A stretch of DNA of 64,000 bases from Lingula anatina (Eukaryota; Animalia; Brachiopoda). The notes under the pieces were generated by a model, which worked only from the letters and a program-made list of their open reading frames with translations, was not told the origin of the DNA and did not search any database. Below, piece after piece: positions 58,103-64,000 of this stretch (its first letter is position 1; the number at the start of each line of letters is the position of its first letter). A program made the translations under genes and the position numbers. Location of the stretch: assembly GCA_051362555.1 (NCBI GenBank), contig CM120640.1:34553967-34617966 (forward strand), in the 5' to 3' direction.

Positions 58103-60137
58103 GTGCATGTTGCTATAAACAAACAAACCTTATGAATGGATTGCAAGATTTTAAATTTATACTTTATATTGAAATTTAGATATTCTTTCAGCGGGTATTA
58201 CCTTTAATGTCCAATTTTTATTTACAAAATAATGTGCATAATTACAAAGCTTTAAACCATTTCAATTTTAAATATCACCAGGTTTCATAGAAAATCGTCA
58301 TCCCCCCCCCCCCAAAAAAAAAAAAAAAAAAAAAATTACACAATTTTCCAGATTGAACTTGAAACAGTTATCACATCTATGTAATCTTTCTCCTTTCCCA
58401 TTTTAATATTGCTGTACTGTGTATTTTATATCAATATGAAAAAAATAACAAGGAATTAAAGAAATATTTATTCGGATTTGATATAAGAGATACATGAAAT
58501 TGAGCATGATATATGTCAACCAAAGACCTTGTAGCTTGCAGGTCGATATTGCACAGTTTCTCCATGGGCTTCTGAAATGAAAAAAAAAAGCATAGAAATT
58601 TTGATTCAACTGACAGATTGAGATCATTTTGTTTTATTCTAGAGAAGAGCAAAACATCTTATTTGAACACTTTCTTTTAAGAATGTATGAAATAAATTAC
58701 ACATAACTTGGATGAAAGTACAATCAAGTTTTAATATACATGTAGTTGGTCGTGTAATGGAGGAACAGAATGCGGCACACTGGAGACGGTAGTCAACCTG
58801 CGTAAAACTTTCATCTGTAAACCATCGCTTTATTAGCAATTCACATGTGCGTGAATGTGTGTTGTATTATATTAAGAACACTTACCTTACAAAAAGATTT
58901 TTGACAGCATGTCAATCTTTAAGAATAAATGGATTGCTCAAGTGTAATCTGAAACAAGTAAGAGAACTTTAATAGCTATGTGGACCCTTATTCTTGTAGT
59001 AATAATAATGATAAAATGATGTATTTTAAAAATCGCAAATTCTCCCCAATGATCAATCCATTACAGTTGATAAATATAGCCCAAAAGAAATCGCTGAAAC
59101 CCACCGTAATTGTCTTCAAAAGCGACGTTTAAAATGTTAACTAAATTTGACTTGATGTACACCTTGGTAGGGCAGACTTCTCACTGTATCCAAAACTCAG
59201 AACTATGACAAGTAATATTACCTAAATGAATCAGTCTTTTTGTGCAGTTATGTTTATTACACGAAAACATTTTAAATTAAGTCACAAATGCCCTTTTAAT
59301 TGCCAGGGGTCATACAAAAAATTTCACACGTGCACAACTAAATATAGCTAGTTTGAAGATTTCAAGCAAATATTGTTTCATCAATGGTCAGCTGAAAGCA
59401 CCATTTCTCCTGTACAGTTGTAGTCCCAAAGCATTGTAACCAACATATTCTGACATTGTGAGTGACATACAAGTAACAATGGGCATAATATTACAAATCG
59501 CGCTACTAATATCTACAATAAATTTTCTCTCATTTGGTTGCACTTGTGTGTTATTGAGGGAGGTTATTTAAGAAGCAGTGCTACTTACCATATTACTTGC
59601 TTCTACGTCTTACAAAAGCATAAACTTGTGGATTCACCACACATGATGTTGCGTCTTCACTCAACTGTGCCCAACTGCAGAGTGAGTATTCAGCTCGCAC
59701 CACGACGGGCAACTTATTGTTATGCAAATTAGAACAGATTTGGCCCATTTTGGGTGAGAGGTTTTCGCTAAAACTGCTCACAAATGTTCATTGTCAAAAT
59801 ATAAACAGTACATTTTTGATACAACTGAAGTTCACTTGTTGTTAAAATGTACTACTTAAATACAATAACTGCTTTTAAAAATCATAATCGAATAAAGCGT
59901 TTTTATGACTCTGTCTATATCTTAAAACCCAAGATCCGCAGTATTTTATATAATGAAGCCGATCAGTGGGCTTGACAAAAGGGTCCTTTCTATATATAAC
60001 TGGTCGCTAACATTGTCATCTCGAGCGAAGTTGTATTGGTCACACATGATTTTTTTACTTTGATACCATTCTTTCTAAATATTATGATGGCTTTAAAAGA
60101 CAGAGGTTCGTTGAAAGAAATATTTTTATATGTTTTT

Positions 60138-60552
60138 ATATGTTTTCACCCCTGTTTGTCTGTCTGTCTGTCTGTTTGTCATGAACATAACTCAAAAAGT
60201 TATGTATGAATTTCGATGGAATTTTCAGGGTAGGTCAGAAATGGGTTAACTTAGAAGTGATTAGTTTTTGGTGGTGATCTGGATCAATAATCAATAATCA
60301 AAAATAAAAAAAACTAAGTTATGGGTCAATTTTGATGAAATTTTCAGGAACTGTCAGAAGTGGGCCAAGGAACAGATGATTAGTTTTTGTTGGTGATCCG
60401 GATCAATAATCAATCAATAATCAATCAATAATCAAAAATAAAAAAACTAAATCATTATACATGTAGAATGAAAATTTAGTGGTGAAAACGGCATTGGGTG
60501 GAGACTTTGCTGACTTGGCGGAGGTCTGCGCTCTCGGAGTGCTTTTCTAGTT
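60138..60552 (+). mobile_element. Second Helentron/HINE copy, 5' subTIR missing, with an internally duplicated core
   Basis: Matches 45685-45906 (tgttttcacccctgtttgtctgtctg ... cttggcggaggtctgcgctctcggagtgcttttctag). The core gatggaattttcagg...ggtgatccggatcaataatcaa occurs twice. Confidence 0.85.
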
Positions 60553-60708
60553 TCAAATTGTATATGGAGTTTTAGTTTTGTATGATTTCCAAAGGAAACA
60601 AAAACGATTACATGGCCATTTTAACACCTTTTCCCGAAAATGATACATTGGACAAATGATCGTTGCCTTCTGTTTTTTTTCTGTTTTTTAAGTACGAAAG
60701 CCTGCAAT

Positions 60709-60964
60709 CAGAGGCGAATTTAGGAGGGGCGGTCAGGGGGTCCCCTTCGATTTCTGAAAAACAAAATCACACCAAAGTTCCCCTCTTGAAATTTTAATTT
60801 TGACTAGCTGAATCATGTAGTTGTAGACCGTACCAAATAGCACTGTTTCCCCTCTAACCAAATTTTTTCGGGACCTTTCAGCGGGCCCCGAAACCTCGCC
60901 AAGAGGGGGGAGGTTGGCTTCGCGTCCGCGGACCCCCCTTAAAATAATCCTGAATCCGCCCCTG
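60709..60964 (-). mobile_element. MITE with CAGGGGCGGAT-type termini
   Basis: Ends CAGAGGCGAATT / AATCCGCCCCTG; related to 55143..55455. No clean TSD. Confidence 0.65.
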
Positions 60965-62117
60965 CATTGTACCAGTGTATTTAATCATCAATCTGTAAAG
61001 ATATACATGTACATGCAAAATCACTTCTTTAATTGGACCGTATGGGGCGAGGTGGGGACGGTGGGGGTTGGAGCTAGCGTACCTGTTTCCATTACGAGTT
61101 TCCGCTACGAGTCTCCTCCCACCCCCCAACATAAAATGAAAAAAATAAATATTACAAGAAAATTTAATACAACATTTAATGAAAAAAAAAAAAAGAATAT
61201 TGCATGAACATTAGAAACAACACTGAATGGAAAAAATAAAACTCCATTAAAATTTTTAAAAATAACAAATCCGCCACTGCACAGGATACATCCATTAGAG
61301 CCCCGGTGCTGTGCTTATTCATTGCCTAATGTGTAACGAAATTGCTGAATTTGGCATTTAATAAATCATGTAAAACACCAAAAAAAATTATAATGACTCT
61401 TAGTGATTTTGTGAGTTTGGAAGCTGTAAGCTGTATTAATCGAATATACATCTTCATCAACAATTCCCTTGCAGTGTTGGGGTTAAAATTAATAATTAAA
61501 TTGCAAGCAATGTCAAATTTCCATTTCCTTTCAGTCGTTACCACCTGCTAAAGTTTAGTGCTGTAATATAGTCCGTGCAATACTTAATGAAGTACTTTTG
61601 ACTCATTTTTTGTTGATAATATGTTCATTCTCGTCTGACAAAATCATAATTATGTCAGTTTTATAAATTTATAATATCATTCAGTGGTCTGCCCACTGGC
61701 TGTTAGACAGTTTCATCATTGGCGACAGGTTGTTACAGTCACTTTCTACTAGGAGATATTAAACAAACCCGAAATCCTGTTTAAAACAGCTAGTTTAGCA
61801 ACTGTATTTCTACGTCAATTTGTCTAACACCAATTTATTTCATCCTGCCCCTCCGTACAATAATGGTTGCCGGGGTGATTTATTTTGAAGGTTAATATTC
61901 CACTCTTGCCCTGTGTTGTGCTGTATTGCCGTGTTTTGCGCAATTTAGGGACAGCGCTCTTAATACCATGACTTTAATTTAAATTAATCCTTTTAACTTC
62001 GCGTTTTAATTGTATTTGTATTGCATTTTATTTGAAACGTCTACAGAAAAGATTTTTTAGATTTTAGACTCTAAATAAATATATTTCTTTATTAAATCTT
62101 GTGTTTTCTTATGCGTC

Positions 62118-62119
<2 letters not shown>

Positions 62120-62168
<49 letters not shown>
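62120..62168. repeat. (GA)n microsatellite
   Basis: About 24 perfect units. Confidence 0.95.
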
Positions 62169-62171
<3 letters not shown>

Positions 62172-63271
62172 CAACAACGACAAGATGTAGTGGATAAAAA
62201 AGTTTTTTATTTCTTATTTGAATATGATTTTACATCAAAATTGACAAGGACTTTTGTTTAAATGTAATATTTTTTTATTAACACGACTGCATATATGTAC
62301 AAGTTGAAAGGGAATGACTGCGTGGAAGATACATCAGAAAACGACAAAATTTAGAAGTATACTTAAAATAGATCATATAAACCTGTCATAGCAAAGTAAG
62401 ATTTTAAAAAATATACTTTTAGAAAGCATCTTATCCTTCAAACATTGATTAGTTTTCTCCTTTTTTTTCAGAGTAAATGATATAACTGGTGATGATAGAC
62501 CTACATACTCACACTTCCAGAGGAATATAGCAGTGTTGGTGTTGATGGGGCCCTACATCAACACAAACACATGCTATGGTGAAAAGATCATGACCAGTGA
62601 CCTTACAGATTTGGCCAAAATCAGTAAGGGTTGATCATGAACTTTCCAAATGTTCCTGTCAGTGTGGCCAGCACCAACAAGAACATGATCCTCCTCAGAG
62701 ATGTTCTAATAAGTATGTAGTCAATGATAACCAGAAATAACATAAACACTGCATGATACTACATTTAACAGAAATTATCAATGATAACCAGTTAAAAAAT
62801 AAATACTGCAAAATTATTATCAATAAAGATTGCCTTGATGAAACAGAAATATTTCTATTTATTGATTTTATGCATGAAAACTATAAACTATATGAAAAAA
62901 AGGGGTTTTATAGATTTCATCCAAAATAAATATTATAATGCAGAGAAATTTGTTTTAAATTTGTTAAATTTATGTTATTTCTATCTTTATAGTTAAAACA
63001 GTTGAATTTTCCACACACAGTGTCCAAAACGAATTGAATATCAATTTGACATTATCTAAAACTTAGTATCTTTCACACAGTCATCACAGTGCTTACAAAG
63101 CAAGTGGTATTCAATGTAAATCAGGTTGTAAAAAGGTTGTATGAAATACTTCTGTATAGAATGCAAAAACTATTAAAATTAGCAATGAAAATTTGCAGAT
63201 GCTATCTGAAGAACTGAATGCCATATCATAAACAATATGAAATATATACAATTAGGGACACAAGTACTGAG

Positions 63272-63922
63272 CTACCACCCCAAACAGAACATTCTCAATA
63301 CAGAGCCAGTAAACGATGAACGCCTTGTAGAAGTGCGTATCACTTCTGATACCAATGCGTTGTTTTTAACTCTTACATTGCGACTACAAGGAGTAAACTC
63401 ATCACCACAAAACTTAGAGCGACCATGTAGCTCTGTCTTCCTCAAAGCATCGGCAACACTTCTTGAAGTGTGCCTAGAGCTGATAGGGTGCCAAGGAGAA
63501 CGCAGAAGAGATCTAGGCATAGGTGTTTTACGAGCACGCCTACCCCTCATCCTCCACAGAGGATCAGCCACAATAATTTCCCCCCTTTCGTTTCTCCCCT
63601 CACCACCACCATACAAAGCTTTAGTAGCAACAGGAATACGACTAGGTTTAGGTATTCTTTGGATTACAACCGCTGGGCAGTGTGCCCTCTCAGTAGAACG
63701 GAGACACCCGTTAACTGCTATAGGGATTCTAGACTTAAAAGTGGTGCTTCCAAAGACATTCTTAAGTGTATTCATGGCAAAGGTAAACAGCGTTGAAGCC
63801 ATAGTGGCTAACACTGTATTTGGTACCTTAGTTTTGGTTCTAAAGATGCCACCACATCCACATGGGCAATAATATGCGTGGTAGTGGACTCCACTACGTG
63901 TGGACACAGTTGTACTACACAT
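63272..63922 (-). CDS. Uncharacterised basic protein (216 aa from ATG 63922) with two SxIP motifs; may continue upstream beyond the window
   Basis: A strong acceptor TTTTGCTCCTTTCAG|AG ATG precedes a 651-nt open frame. GC is elevated against the flanks and an AT-rich stretch follows the stop. No domain recognised. Confidence 0.55.
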   Translation of the reverse strand: MCSTTVSTRSGVHYHAYYCPCGCGGIFRTKTKVPNTVLATMASTLFTFAMNTLKNVFGSTTFKSRIPIAVNGCLRSTERAHCPAVVIQRIPKPSRIPVATKALYGGGEGRNERGEIIVADPLWRMRGRRARKTPMPRSLLRSPWHPISSRHTSRSVADALRKTELHGRSKFCGDEFTPCSRNVRVKNNALVSEVIRTSTRRSSFTGSVLRMFCLGW

Positions 63923-64000
63923 CTCTGAAAGGAGCAAAATTATTTTTGTTGTACATAACTGGGTGTGTAGAATTTTAAATCGTAGTCAGTGTACAGAAGC

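Noticed and set aside
57511-58146. CRISPR array or repetitive protein (ORFs 57542-58146)
   Set aside because: Units are contiguous with no unique spacers, the context is eukaryotic, and a 34-bp period shifts frame each unit.
55143-61279. One large ~6-kb TIR transposon
   Set aside because: The ends are better explained as separate copies of one MITE family; no matching TSD or transposase was seen.
62472-62640. Plus-strand exon-like stretch after a T-rich acceptor
   Set aside because: Short, with no recognisable homology and no linkable upstream exon.

Overview
AT-rich, intron-containing animal genomic DNA; an invertebrate, probably lophotrochozoan (inferred from gene structure and repeat types). 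All gene models were hand-assembled from GT-AG sites and phase-checked. From left to right: the first coding exon of liprin-alpha (-), whose following intron runs off the left edge; TMEM183 (+); PGM1 (-); SLC38A9 (+); a stand-alone p190-type RhoGAP domain gene (+); a 2-exon gene for a 125-aa four-TM DUF1761-like protein (-, absent from the ORF track); an 11-exon gene for a ~242-aa protein with an N-terminal CBM20, a linker built from duplicated symmetric microexons and a C-terminal basic amphipathic Cys-containing helix (+); and a basic orphan ORF with two SxIP motifs at the right edge (-). Mobile DNA includes a hAT derivative with a 6-bp TSD, a MITE family with 5-bp TSDs, a Harbinger-type MITE, two Helentron/HINE copies, a solo LTR and an L2/CR1-group LINE fragment. 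There are also 34-bp and ~81-bp tandem repeats. The best novelty candidates are the CBM20-microexon protein, the DUF1761-like gene and the stand-alone RhoGAP.
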